DNA of 64,000 nucleotides from an uncultured Acidimicrobiia bacterium (GCA_963708235.1 OY970200.1:847757-911756); one strand, 5' to 3'; shown: positions 37,251 through 47,879, counted from the stretch's first letter. Made by a program: numbers and translations. The notes: generated by a model from the sequence alone, not told the origin.

Positions 37251-38717
37251 TCAGTGGGTGATCTCCGGCGCTTTCGCCGTCGCCCAGACGGTGGCTCCGC
37301 CGTTGTCCGCCGAGACCGCACAGTGAATGGTCTTGCCGACGTCCTCGGCGGTCAACGTGTAGTGCTTGCCGCGGTGAACGAGCAGCGAATCGAGCCATGT
37401 CTGGTTGGCGGTTCCGTAGAGCCCGTCCGGGTGGGGCGGGGTCGTGAAGTTCCCCAGATCGAGCTGGCTGGGCGCCCGGTAGCGCGGGTGCTCCTCCCCG
37501 ACCACGTTGGAGCGGTACCAGGTGACATCGGCGGTGGACGCCGGTCCTCCGACGCTCCACACGCCGCGCGAGCAGCTCAGGGTCTTGCCGACCCGGGGTC
37601 GGCCGGTGAGCTCGGGAAGCTCCAGATTGACCGGGATGTCGCTCGGTTGAAGTTCCTTGACCTGGATCTCCTTGTACCAGATACGATCGTTTCCTCCGTG
37701 GGCCTGGAGGCCGATGTACCCCTCGGCGAGTTGCCGGGCCATGGTCGGCGGATCGCCGTTGCGCGAGGCGATCCTCGGCACCGAGTTGTCGAACTGGTTG
37801 ATGATCTCGCCGTCGACCAGGATCGTGTACTGCTGGCCGACCATCCGGATCTCCATGTCGTGCCAGACGCCCTTCTCCAGACGCTCGTACGTCTTGGACT
37901 GCTGGGCATTGAGGTTGCGGAACCCGTACACCGACCCGGTCTTGATCGGGTCCGTCGACGGGTTGGGTCCGCCACCGGTCAGCGTCTCGTTGATCTGGAT
38001 CTCATGGCCGCAGTAGACCTGGGTCCAATGCCGGTGATTGTTGGCGTTGCCGTTGGTGGTGAGCGGTCCGGTCCCGGCCAGGTTGGTCACGTTGTGGTTG
38101 AACGCCGGGTCGGGGGCGAAGCTGTTGCTGGCCCGAGCGCAATACGGCCCGCTGTACAGGAACGGTGGATCCGAGGCATCGGACGCCGGCGGGAAGGGCC
38201 CGTCGGCACCCTCCCAGAAGTACTCGGTCGATGGCGCCGGGGTGGTCCGGTTGCAGACGACCAGCGCCGCCGGGCACACATCGAAGTTGTACCCGATCGG
38301 CTTCTGGGCCAGCACCTCGTTGTTGGTGGCGCCGGTATAGCGGACCTCCGGCGAGCGGATCATGATCCCGCCGTTGCGGGTCGAGGTGGGGATGTCCTCC
38401 ACCGTGTACTTGAGCCGCAGCACCACGTCGCCGAGAGGCCGCACCGGATACCAGAACGCACCAAAGGCGGAGTTGTTGGGATCGATGGCCCCGTGCTCCG
38501 CCTCGAGCGTGAAGAAGTTCTGGGTGATCGATGCGGCGGCGGTGCTGCTGGCGTACTCCCACTTGTCGAACGAGGCGTCGGAACCGGTGGCGGTGCCGTC
38601 GAAGATGTAGGTGAATCCAGGGTCGGGTGGGGGTGCCACATACGGGGGTTGTGCCGCGGCGGGCGTCAGCGCCATGCCGAAGGTCAGAACCATGGCAAAT
38701 GCCAGGATCCGTTTCAT
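37251..38717 (-). CDS. Secreted DUF1080 (3-keto-disaccharide hydrolase / LamG-like jelly-roll) domain protein.
   Basis: Signal peptide MKRILAFAMVLTFGMALTPAAAQ. The C-terminal GYIGLQAHGGNDRIWYKEIQVKEL matches the DUF1080 terminal motif. N-terminal domain unassigned. Confidence 0.6.
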   Translation of the reverse strand: MKRILAFAMVLTFGMALTPAAAQPPYVAPPPDPGFTYIFDGTATGSDASFDKWEYASSTAAASITQNFFTLEAEHGAIDPNNSAFGAFWYPVRPLGDVVLRLKYTVEDIPTSTRNGGIMIRSPEVRYTGATNNEVLAQKPIGYNFDVCPAALVVCNRTTPAPSTEYFWEGADGPFPPASDASDPPFLYSGPYCARASNSFAPDPAFNHNVTNLAGTGPLTTNGNANNHRHWTQVYCGHEIQINETLTGGGPNPSTDPIKTGSVYGFRNLNAQQSKTYERLEKGVWHDMEIRMVGQQYTILVDGEIINQFDNSVPRIASRNGDPPTMARQLAEGYIGLQAHGGNDRIWYKEIQVKELQPSDIPVNLELPELTGRPRVGKTLSCSRGVWSVGGPASTADVTWYRSNVVGEEHPRYRAPSQLDLGNFTTPPHPDGLYGTANQTWLDSLLVHRGKHYTLTAEDVGKTIHCAVSADNGGATVWATAKAPEITH

Positions 38718-39036
38718 GAGTCGAGCCTCTCTTTCCCTGTGTGGGATGTATTGGGGGGTGTGACCGGTGCGCACCGCCGAGGCTGCCGTCCGTCGGAGCC
38801 TCGGCGGAACCCGGCGCTCAACGTAGCGCCATACCCCCAGTCGGATCAACCACTGTCTCCTGATGCCTCACCCTGTGGCTTGCGGCATCCACAACAAGCT
38901 CGGTCTGTCTTGCCCAGACGTCCCCCACGCATTTTTGCCCGACTGCTCAAAAAATCCCCCGCACCGGGGGCACCGGCGGCTGGGGAGGCGTAGCGTTCTG
39001 ATGTTGTGCATCGGAACCAATGAGAGGAAGGTCTCA

Positions 39037-40554
39037 ATGCGCCGATCAATCGTGCTGATGGCTGCACTTACCGTGATGGCCGGTCTTGTGCCGGTCTCCG
39101 CTGCTGCGGCGGCCCAGGCCCCCCGTAACTGCGACACCCGCTCGAACGAGAACCCCCGGGCCCTGGTCGAATGTGTCACCGTCGAGGGTGTCCGCGAACA
39201 CCAGGCGGCGTTCCAGGCGATCGCCGACGCCAACAATGGCGAACGTGTTTCAGGATTCGGCGGCTACAACGCCTCGGTCGCCTATGTGGTCCAGAAGCTC
39301 CAGGCAGCCGGCTACAGCCCGGTGGTGCAACCCTTCGATTTCTACGCCTGGCTACCCACCGGTCCGTCGTTCCTCGACAAGACCGCGCCCACTGCGGCGG
39401 CATATGCCGAACACGTCGACTTCGAGTTGTTGACCCAGACCGATGGCGGAGAGGTCACCGCCGCGGTCACCGCCGTCGACCTGCAGCTCGGCATCGGGAA
39501 TACCTCGACGAGTGGTTGTGAGGCTGCAGACTTCAGCGGATTCCCCGCCGGGAACATCGCCCTGATGCAGCGAGGAACCTGCACCTTCCAGATCAAGGCC
39601 GAGAACGCCGCGGCCGCCGGTGCGGTGGGCGCCATCATGATGAACCAGGGCGACGCCGACAACGCCGCACGCAAGGGGCTGGCGGTGGTCACGCTCAGCG
39701 CCGCCTATTCCGGTGGGATTCCGGTGATCTTCACCACGTACGATCGGGGTGTCGAATGGTCGCAGACCGCCGGGTTGCAGCTGCACATGGACGTCAACGT
39801 GTTCCGCGGTGACGCCACCACCTACAACGTCATCGCCGAGACGACCTCCGGCAACCCGGACAATGTCGTGATGGTGGGCGCCCACCTCGATTCGGTGCCC
39901 GGTGGGCCGGGTATCAACGACAACGGTTCGGGTTCGGGAGCGATCCTCGAGGTCGCCGAGAACATGAAGAACGCCAACGTCACCAACAAGGTGCGGTTTG
40001 CCTGGTGGGGTGCGGAGGAGTCGGGACTGGTCGGTTCCAACTACTACGTCGCCAACCTCAGCGAGGCCGACCGGGACAAGATTGCGCTGTACCTGAACTT
40101 CGACATGATCGGTTCTCCCAATCATGTCATCTTCATCTACGACGGTGACGACTCCGACGGTGAGGGCGCCGGTCCGGGCCCGTTCGGTTCGGCACAGATC
40201 GAGGCGCGGTTCGAGAAGTTCTTCGAACGGATGAACGAGCCCTACAAGGGCACCGACTTCTCGGGTCGCTCCGACTACTCGGCATTCATCCTCAACGGCA
40301 TCCCCGCCGGGGGACTGTTCACCGGAGCCGAAGGAATCAAGACACCCGCCGAGGCCGCCATCTGGGGAGGCACCGCCGGCCAGCAGTACGACCCGTGCTA
40401 CCACCTGCCGTGTGACACCTACGACAACAACAACATGCACGCACTGGCGATCAACTCCGGGGCGGTCGCCTATGCCACTGCCTTCTATGCCAACTCCACC
40501 GAGGAGATCAACGGACCGCGGGCAGGTCAGCGGCCACGTCCGTCCCGTCCATGA
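39037..40554 (+). CDS. Secreted M28-family aminopeptidase with a PA domain.
   Basis: Signal peptide MRRSIVLMAALTVMAGLVPVSAAAAAQA, plus HLDSVPGGPGINDNGSGS and FAWWGAEESGLVGSNYYV. Paralogous to 26350..28033. Confidence 0.8.
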   Translation: MRRSIVLMAALTVMAGLVPVSAAAAAQAPRNCDTRSNENPRALVECVTVEGVREHQAAFQAIADANNGERVSGFGGYNASVAYVVQKLQAAGYSPVVQPFDFYAWLPTGPSFLDKTAPTAAAYAEHVDFELLTQTDGGEVTAAVTAVDLQLGIGNTSTSGCEAADFSGFPAGNIALMQRGTCTFQIKAENAAAAGAVGAIMMNQGDADNAARKGLAVVTLSAAYSGGIPVIFTTYDRGVEWSQTAGLQLHMDVNVFRGDATTYNVIAETTSGNPDNVVMVGAHLDSVPGGPGINDNGSGSGAILEVAENMKNANVTNKVRFAWWGAEESGLVGSNYYVANLSEADRDKIALYLNFDMIGSPNHVIFIYDGDDSDGEGAGPGPFGSAQIEARFEKFFERMNEPYKGTDFSGRSDYSAFILNGIPAGGLFTGAEGIKTPAEAAIWGGTAGQQYDPCYHLPCDTYDNNNMHALAINSGAVAYATAFYANSTEEINGPRAGQRPRPSRP

Positions 40555-40595
40555 CGACCTGACCTAGCGGGAGGAGCTGGCCACCGGGCCAGCCA

Positions 40596-40625
40596 GTGTG
40601 GGGGCGGAACGATCCGCCCCCACAC
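40596..40625. terminator. Perfect 12-bp GC-rich hairpin GTGTGGGGGCGG-aacgat-CCGCCCCCACAC.
   Basis: Lies 42 nt downstream of the M28 peptidase stop. Confidence 0.5.
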
Positions 40626-40961
40626 TGCGTTCCGGCGCCCGGGGTGCCGGTGGCGCGCCTGGTTTCGCTGGTGGACGTCGCCCGGAGGCGGGTTCCCGGA
40701 GTCTGGAAGGGACAGGTGACGATCCCGGACGATTTCGACGCCACCAGCGCCGAGATCGAGGCGTTCGGTACGACGTCACCATCGTCTGACCGAGCGCCTC
40801 GGATCGGTGCCTGGTCTCGCGGGTATTTGTGGACGGCTGTGTTGAATGTTTCGCGTTCTGCGCTCCCGATCGGGTTTCTGTCACATCCCGTCGCGACGAT
40901 CCGATGAGATGGATGGAAGGACCCAATCCTTTCTCCCGGAGAGCGATGGGAGCTGGAAGTA

Positions 40962-41808
40962 GTGAACACGATGGGTGACGACAAGGAACTTCCTCAGGTA
41001 GATGGTGCGACGGGGTCGACTCCGTTGTGGAAACGGAAATGGGTGGTGGTGGCAGCGGTTGTGGTCGGGCTGATTGCGGTTGCAGGTGGGGGCGACGACG
41101 AGACGGATTCGGCAGCGACCAGCACCACGGAATCGGGTGACGTTGTCGCAGCGGCCGACCTGGCTCCCGGCGTGGAGTCGGCCACCACGACGACCGCAGC
41201 GAGCGACCCGACCACCACGGTGCCGGCGACCACGGTCCCCTCCACCACGACCCCGCCTCCCACGACCACGGTGCCGGTTACCACGACGTCGCCGCCGACG
41301 ACGACCACGGCAGTGCCGCTACCCGAAGCGGAGTTTCGTGACGGTACGCACCTTGTCGGCGCCGACATCGAACCCGGGACGTACCAGGCATCGGGTATCG
41401 GCGGCTTCGGGTGCTATTGGGAGCGGCTGGCGGGACTCGGAGGTGACTTCGATGACATCATCGCCAACGACAACGCCGACAACCAGGCCGTGGTCGAAAT
41501 CGCAACGGGTGACGAGGCTTTCAGCGCCTCGGGATGCGGAGATTGGTTTCCATTGACCGCTCTCGAGGTTCCGTTGGAGGTGTTCTCTACCGGCACCTGG
41601 GCGGTCGGTTCCCACATCGTTGCTGGACGGTACCGCTCGGCCGGTGATGGTGACTTCTGCTACTGGGAACGCTTGTCCGGGTTCTCCGGCGAGTTCACCG
41701 AACATCATTGCCAACGACAACGCCTCGGGTCAGGCCATCGTCGACATCTCGGCAGGGGATATTGCCTTCAGCTCGAGCGGGTGCGGCGAATGGACGCTGG
41801 TGGACTGA
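40962..41808 (+). CDS. Membrane-anchored protein with a Thr/Pro-rich linker and two copies of a Cys-containing ~75-aa repeat domain. Apparent +1 frameshift near nt 41705.
   Basis: N-terminal TM segment WVVVAAVVVGLIAVAGG, then a TTTVPATTVPSTTTPPPTTT linker. Repeat 1 is GFGCYWERLAGLGGDFDDIIANDNADNQAVVEIATGDEAFSASGCGDWF. Repeat 2 (FCYWERLSGFSGEFT + NIIANDNASGQAIVDISAGDIAFSSSGCGEWT) is split across frames by one extra base in GAAC-ATC. Confidence 0.5.
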
Positions 41809-41985
41809 CAACGGATGGCGGCGCCCGTGACCCCGTGGCGCGGTGCAGCGGTCACGGGCGCCGGTCGGCGCAGGAGCGAAGTGCCGTACCGGACGAACCG
41901 CTGACGGGTCAGGCGGTCGGTGCAGCCGAGGGTCGGGTCCGGGGTGCCGGCCAAGCTGGCCGGCCGGATACGCTGTGTGTTCACT

Positions 41986-44900
41986 ATGACGGACCTCCAG
42001 CACGACCTGCGCGCCCAACTGGACGGGCTTTCCCCCGGGGATCGGGACCGGTTCCGGCGACGTATCGCCGGGGCAGGCAGGATCTCCGATCCGGCGAAGC
42101 GCACCGCCACCATGGCGATGCTCGGCGACGAGATCGACAAGGCGGTCGAGCGCACCGTGCGGCGTCGGACGCTGGCACCGAAGAAGCTCAGCTATCCGGC
42201 GGAATTGCCGATCACGGAGCGGCGCCAGGAGCTGCTCGACACGATCCGGGACAATCAGGTGGTGATCGTGGCGGGGGAGACCGGGTCGGGCAAGAGCACG
42301 CAGCTTCCCAAGATGTGTCTCGAGCTCGGCCGCGGGCTCGACGGTTGGATCGGGCACACCCAGCCGCGTCGGATCGCGGCGCGGTCGATCGCCGAGCGGG
42401 TCGCCTCCGAGTTGGGTGGGAGCATCGGCGGGTTGGTCGGCTACACGGTGAGGTTCTCCGACCAGGTCGGCGAGGACACGATGGTCAAGGTGATGACCGA
42501 CGGCATTCTCCTCAACGAGATCCATCGCGACCGCCGGCTCCGTCGTTACGACACGATCATCATCGACGAGGCCCACGAGCGCAGCCTCAACATCGACTTC
42601 CTGCTCGGCTACCTCACCCGGCTCCTGCCCGAGCGGCCCGATCTCAAGGTGATCGTCACCTCGGCCACCATCGACACCGAGCGTTTCGCCACACATTTCG
42701 GTGGCGCCCCGGTGATCGAGGTCTCCGGACGTACCTATCCGGTCGAGATCCGGTACCGGCCACTCGACGACCCCACCTCCCCCGAGCCGCGGGACCAGAC
42801 CCAGGGGATCGTCGACGCCGTCGCCGAACTGACCCGGGGCGACACCGGGGATGTCCTGGTGTTCTGCTCCGGTGAGCGGGAGATCCGCGATGCCGCCGAC
42901 GCCCTCGTCGAGTCCAACCTGCGTCACACCGAGATCCTCCCGCTCTATGGGCGCCTGTCGTCCGCCGAGCAGCACCGGGTCTTCCAGGCCCACACCGGGC
43001 GCCGGGTGGTGATCGCCACCAATGTCGCCGAGACCTCGCTCACCGTCCCCGGAATCCGCTCGGTGGTGGATTCGGGAACCGCACGGATCTCGCGGTACTC
43101 CCGCCGCACCAAGGTGCAGCGGCTCCCCATCGAGCCGGTGTCGCAGGCGTCCGCCAACCAGCGCGCCGGACGCTGCGGGCGACTCGGACCCGGGATCTGT
43201 ATCCGTCTCTACGACGAGAACGACTTCAACGCCCGACCCGAGTTCACCGAGCCCGAGATCCTCCGCACCAACCTCGCCTCGGTCATGCTGCAGATGGCGG
43301 CGCTCGATCTGGGTGACATCGAGTCCTATCCGTTTCTCGATCCCCCGGACAAGCGGGCGGTCAAGGACGGGCTGGCGCTGCTCCACGAACTGGGCGCCGT
43401 CGACCCGACCCGGGAGGGGACCCGCAGCTGGCTGACCCCGATCGGTCGCCAGCTCGCCCAACTCCCCCTCGACCCCCGGCTCGGTCGGATGGTGGTGGAG
43501 GGAGATCGGAACGGATGTCTCGCCGAGGTGCTGGTGATCGCCTCCGCCCTCTCCATCCAGGACCCGCGGGAACGTCCCAAGGACGAGGAGGAGAAAGCGA
43601 AGCAGATGCACGCCCGGTTCCGTCATCCCGACTCGGACCTGCTCGGGATCCTGGCGCTGTGGCGCCATCTCAACGACGAACGCAAGCAGCGCACCTCCAA
43701 CCAGTTCCGCCGGATGTGCCAGGAGGAGTTCCTCAACTACCGGCGGGTGCGGGAGTGGCAGGACATCCACTCCCAACTCCGCGACGTCGCCAAGGAGCTG
43801 GAACTCCGACCCAACCGCAAACCCGCCGACCCCGACCAGGTCCATCTCTCGCTCCTCGCCGGGCTGCTCTCCCATGTCGGGAAGAAGGACCCCGTCGGCT
43901 ACGAGTACCGGGGTGCCCGCGGCGCCAAGTTCTCGCTGTCACCAGGCTCCACGCTGTTCAAGAAGACGCCGGAATGGGTGATGGCCGCCGATCTGGTCGA
44001 GACCAGCCGTCTGTGGGCGCGCGGCGTTGCCGCCATCCCGCTGGAATGGATCGAACAGGTCGGTGCCCACCTCCTCAACCGTACGCTGAGCGACCCGTGG
44101 TGGGACATCGAGCGGGGGTCCGCCGTCGCCCAGGAGTCCGTCACGCTCTACGGGATCCCGCTGGCCGCCGACCGGACCGTCCAGTACGGCCGCTTCGACG
44201 AGGCGGCCTCCCGAGACCTGTTCATCCGTCACGCCCTGGTCCACGCCGAGTGGCCGGACGACCATCACCGCCACGAATTCGTCCTCCGCAACCTCGGTCG
44301 CATCGACGAGGTCGCCGAGCTCGAAGCCAGGCAACGACGCAGCGATCTCCTCGCCGACGAGGACCGCATCGCCGCCGTCTTCGACCAGAAGCTCCCCGCC
44401 GACGTCACCACCGTCGCTGCCTTCGACCGCTGGTGGCGGGAGACCCGATCCGCCACCCCCCACTTTCTCGACCTCACCCTCGACGATCTGATCGATCCCG
44501 CTGCTGCCCTCCCGGACCCCGAGGCGTTCCCCGACACCTGGCGACACGGGGACCTCGCCATGCCCATCGAGTACCAGTTCGACCCGGAAAGCCCCAGCGA
44601 CGGTGTCGTCATCGAGGTCCCGCTGGCGGGTCTCGACCGGGTCGATCCCGCCGTATTCGAGTGGAATGTCCCCGGCCGCCGTCCCGAGCTCATCGAGGCG
44701 CTGGTGCGGTCGCTGCCAAAGGCGATCCGCCGCCAGTTCGTCCCCATCGCCGACACCGTCGATACGCTGGTCGCCGGCCTCGACCCGGCGGCCGGCGCCC
44801 CCCGCGAAGCGTTGCGGCGTGAACTGGTTCGCCTCTCCGGGACCCCGATCCCGCCCGATGCCTTCGATCTCACCAAGATTCCCGCCCACCTCCGCCCGCG

Positions 44901-45873
44901 GTTCCGTGTGGTCGACACCGACGGCACCTCCGTCGCCGAGGGAGACGACCTCGCCGACCTCAAGCACCGTCTGGTCGCCGATGCCCGCTCCCTCATCGAG
45001 AGCGACGGTCACGAATTGGAGCGGCGCGGCATCACCGCCTGGGACCTCGGCGAGCTTCCCCGCAGCGTCATGGTCGGCGACGCCGCCCACCGCACCCGCG
45101 CCTACCCGGCGCTGACCGACGAGGGGGACTCGGTCGCGATCCGTCTCGTCGCCACCCCCGACGAGCAGGCAGACGCCATGTGGCACGGGACGATCCGGCT
45201 GTTGCTGCTCAATCTGCCCTCGGCGCAACGTCTGCTCGAGCCGATGCTCGACAACGCCGGTCGGCTCGCCATTCGCTCCGGTCCCTACGACAGCCCCGCC
45301 GAGTGGGTCGACGATGTGCTCGGATGCGCCGTGGGCACCATCGTCTCCGAGCACGGCCGACTCCCATGGGACGCCACCGCGTTCGACTCGCTGTTCCGCA
45401 CGGCCAGGGACCAGCTCGCCGACCGGGTCTATGCGGTCGCCGATACCTCGCTGGCCCTCCTGCAGACCTTGCACACCGTCGAGATCGCCCTCGGGAGGCT
45501 CGACATCGACCGCCACGCCGAGCCGGCCGCCGACATCCGCAGCCAGATCGACCTGCTGGTCTACCCGGGATTCCTCACCGCCGTCGGGGCGGTGCGGGTG
45601 GTCGACATCCACCGCTACCTGCGCGCCGTCGAGCGCCGCCTCGACCGTCTCCCTCGCCACCCCGAGGCCGATCTGGCACTGATGGTCAACGTGCATCAGC
45701 TCGAGGACGAGTACGACCGGCTCGCCGAACTGCTCCCGCCCAGCCCGGAGATGGTCGACATCGCCTGGATGCTGCAGGAGTACCGGGTCAGCTTGTACGG
45801 CCAGTCGCTCGGCACCAAGGGCAAGGTCTCCGAGAAACGGATCAGCCAGGCACTCGCCGATCTCGTCGGGTGA
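41986..45873 (+). CDS. hrpA: ATP-dependent RNA helicase HrpA (DEAH-box).
   Basis: GETGSGKSTQLP (Walker A), DEAHERS, SATID, and the full-length 1295-aa HrpA C-terminal extension. Confidence 0.9.
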   Translation: MTDLQHDLRAQLDGLSPGDRDRFRRRIAGAGRISDPAKRTATMAMLGDEIDKAVERTVRRRTLAPKKLSYPAELPITERRQELLDTIRDNQVVIVAGETGSGKSTQLPKMCLELGRGLDGWIGHTQPRRIAARSIAERVASELGGSIGGLVGYTVRFSDQVGEDTMVKVMTDGILLNEIHRDRRLRRYDTIIIDEAHERSLNIDFLLGYLTRLLPERPDLKVIVTSATIDTERFATHFGGAPVIEVSGRTYPVEIRYRPLDDPTSPEPRDQTQGIVDAVAELTRGDTGDVLVFCSGEREIRDAADALVESNLRHTEILPLYGRLSSAEQHRVFQAHTGRRVVIATNVAETSLTVPGIRSVVDSGTARISRYSRRTKVQRLPIEPVSQASANQRAGRCGRLGPGICIRLYDENDFNARPEFTEPEILRTNLASVMLQMAALDLGDIESYPFLDPPDKRAVKDGLALLHELGAVDPTREGTRSWLTPIGRQLAQLPLDPRLGRMVVEGDRNGCLAEVLVIASALSIQDPRERPKDEEEKAKQMHARFRHPDSDLLGILALWRHLNDERKQRTSNQFRRMCQEEFLNYRRVREWQDIHSQLRDVAKELELRPNRKPADPDQVHLSLLAGLLSHVGKKDPVGYEYRGARGAKFSLSPGSTLFKKTPEWVMAADLVETSRLWARGVAAIPLEWIEQVGAHLLNRTLSDPWWDIERGSAVAQESVTLYGIPLAADRTVQYGRFDEAASRDLFIRHALVHAEWPDDHHRHEFVLRNLGRIDEVAELEARQRRSDLLADEDRIAAVFDQKLPADVTTVAAFDRWWRETRSATPHFLDLTLDDLIDPAAALPDPEAFPDTWRHGDLAMPIEYQFDPESPSDGVVIEVPLAGLDRVDPAVFEWNVPGRRPELIEALVRSLPKAIRRQFVPIADTVDTLVAGLDPAAGAPREALRRELVRLSGTPIPPDAFDLTKIPAHLRPRFRVVDTDGTSVAEGDDLADLKHRLVADARSLIESDGHELERRGITAWDLGELPRSVMVGDAAHRTRAYPALTDEGDSVAIRLVATPDEQADAMWHGTIRLLLLNLPSAQRLLEPMLDNAGRLAIRSGPYDSPAEWVDDVLGCAVGTIVSEHGRLPWDATAFDSLFRTARDQLADRVYAVADTSLALLQTLHTVEIALGRLDIDRHAEPAADIRSQIDLLVYPGFLTAVGAVRVVDIHRYLRAVERRLDRLPRHPEADLALMVNVHQLEDEYDRLAELLPPSPEMVDIAWMLQEYRVSLYGQSLGTKGKVSEKRISQALADLVG

Positions 45874-46043
45874 TCGACCCGGCGATCAGACGGTGGGCGG
45901 TTTCACACCCCGACCTTGTCCGATGGGTCGCCCGCCTCAGTTTCGTTGCAGAGGATCGAAACCGCTTGCTCGCCGCAACCTCCGAGGTCTACGCTGGCGA
46001 GAGGGAATACCGACCGCACGGGTCGGGGGTCGAAGGGGGACCG

Positions 46044-46193
46044 ATGGATTACCAGAAGCCAGTGCTTCGCTCACTGGGTTCACTCGCCGGGCTCACCATG
46101 GGCCACAGCGGGAGCTGCCCCGATGGCAGCGGCCAGAACAACTCGGTGCGGGACCGGCCGACCAACTGCAAGCCGGGGATGGCCGGGCACTGA
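46044..46193 (+). CDS. Small Cys-containing ORF (49 aa) of unknown function.
   Basis: MDYQKPVLRSLGSLAGLTMGHSGSCPDGSGQNNSVRDRPTNCKPGMAGH. GAAGGGGGA ribosome-binding site 4 nt upstream. The frame is open upstream, as is common at 70% GC. Confidence 0.2.
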   Translation: MDYQKPVLRSLGSLAGLTMGHSGSCPDGSGQNNSVRDRPTNCKPGMAGH

Positions 46194-46272
46194 GCCCGTC
46201 TCAACGTACGTGGGAGTGACACCCCAGCGGGCGCTCGATACCTGTCGACGCTGATCGTCCGTCCACGTCCCG

Positions 46273-47367
46273 TCAATCGACCGGCATCTGCCGGACCGGG
46301 TGCCAGGTCTGGTCCTCGTATCGCAGCCACGGTTCGATCTCGTACCGCATGTCTGCGGTGTCGCCGTTGGCGGTGATCCATGGCGCATAGGGGACCCCGC
46401 CGACGACTTCCGCTCCGGCGGTGGTCCGATCGAGCACACTCTGGTGGATGATCGGCAGGTCGGTGCGCGACACATCCCAGCTGCGGATCTTGCGGCGGTA
46501 CAGCCGGGTCATCGTCCGGCCCCGTGAGTTGTGCATCATGTCGAGGGCGTTCTCGGTGATCTGAACCCGATGACCGGGGTAGATGCGTAGTCCGTGGGCC
46601 ACCGCCTGCTGGGTGAGCCACACCAGGGCGATGTCGGACAGCCCTTTCTCCCGGTACCCGCCGCCGACGTCGGTGTGCATCCCGGTGAACCACACCTGCC
46701 GGATCTTCTGGTAGTCCTTGTGCTCGGTGTCCCACAGGACCGGGTGGAAGGTTCTCCGCTCGTCGTCGATCGCCAGTGCCTGATAGGCGTTCTCGATGCT
46801 CTCCGAGAGCCGGAAGTCGTGGAACCGGTGTCGAAAGAACGGCAACCCGTCGAGGATGGCGCTGGCCATGGGGAAGGGCAGTCCCAGGGCGGCCACCGTA
46901 TCGAAACATCCGACGAAATGGATCCTCGCCCACATCGTGTTGTGCCGGGCCACGAACTCCTGCGCCCGCTCGTGCAACTTGTCGCGACGGGTGCGGCGGT
47001 AGATGCGGTAGGCCTGGCGGATGAGTTGCGGGCGCGACTCGGGAAGGATCCCGAAGTGGTGGATGAAGTTGGACAGGCTGCGCACGGTGGCGGCGCCGCG
47101 ACTGAACCCGATGAGCAAGATGGTGTCCCCGGCCTGGTAGTGACGGTGGATGAAACCGTACGCCTCGGCGATGTTGCGGGAGATTCCCATCCCTCCCACG
47201 TTGCCGGTCAGCTTGCGGAGTCCGGTGCCCAGTCCCGGCTGGTAGTAGGCGACCTGACGGTCGGTCCGCGCCTCGATCATGTTGAACAGGTGGTACACGT
47301 TGGTGTTGGTGCGTTTCCCGCCCTCCTGGCCGGTGCCGTCGGAGAAGATCACGATGTTCTTGGCCAT
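46273..47367 (-). CDS. DUF2235 (Tle1-like) alpha/beta-hydrolase, putative phospholipase/lipase.
   Basis: Starts MAKNIVIFSDGTGQEGG...NVYHLF, the DUF2235 N-terminal signature. GFSRGAA is the nucleophile-elbow GxSxG. AAGGAGC ribosome-binding site. Confidence 0.7.
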   Translation of the reverse strand: MAKNIVIFSDGTGQEGGKRTNTNVYHLFNMIEARTDRQVAYYQPGLGTGLRKLTGNVGGMGISRNIAEAYGFIHRHYQAGDTILLIGFSRGAATVRSLSNFIHHFGILPESRPQLIRQAYRIYRRTRRDKLHERAQEFVARHNTMWARIHFVGCFDTVAALGLPFPMASAILDGLPFFRHRFHDFRLSESIENAYQALAIDDERRTFHPVLWDTEHKDYQKIRQVWFTGMHTDVGGGYREKGLSDIALVWLTQQAVAHGLRIYPGHRVQITENALDMMHNSRGRTMTRLYRRKIRSWDVSRTDLPIIHQSVLDRTTAGAEVVGGVPYAPWITANGDTADMRYEIEPWLRYEDQTWHPVRQMPVD

Positions 47368-47583
47368 CGGGTGCTCCTTGGCGGGTATCGACGCAGTGGC
47401 TCGGTTGGCATCGTACCCAGGACCATCCGGCGGCGTCGTGTTCCCCTGGTGGTGCGGGACGCCGGCGAGACGGTGTGACCACCGGTCTCCTGATGGTCCA
47501 CAAGTGGAAGGCAAGCCTTCTGCAAGCTCCCTCGGGCACGGTGGCCGGGTACGCCACCGAGGATCGATCCCGAGAAGGACACC

Positions 47584-47854
47584 ATGTCGAACACCACCAT
47601 GCTCCCACCGGTCACCGTCGAGGTCGTCGACGGTGACGGCGAACCACTGACCGGCGTCGATGTCGAGGCAACGTTTCCGCACCGGTAACGATGCGGGTAC
47701 CCGGGTCATCGGGGTCACCGACCCTGGCGGTCGTGTCTCGTTCGCCGGGGTGGCCGCTGACGGCCACGCCGAGGTCGGGTTCCGGGCCGGCCACGAGACA
47801 TCCGGTCCGTTCCGGGTCGATGCGGCACCCGGGTCTTTCATCCTCGAGATGTGA
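47584..47854 (+). CDS. Small carboxypeptidase-regulatory-like (transthyretin/Ig-like fold) domain protein. Apparent frameshift near nt 47680.
   Basis: MSNTTMLPPVTVEVVDGDGEPLTGVDVEATF...(shift)...TGNDAGTRVIGVTDPGGRVSFAGVAADGHAEV, the CarboxypepD_reg-like beta-sandwich pattern. GAGAAGGA ribosome-binding site. Confidence 0.35.
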
Positions 47855-47879
47855 CCCGGCGCTCCTGCTCCCGGGTCGC

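Noticed and set aside
41695-45696. Long antisense ORFs (726 aa and 585 aa) opposite hrpA.
   Set aside because: These are GC-rich spurious frames. HrpA motifs are unambiguous on the plus strand.
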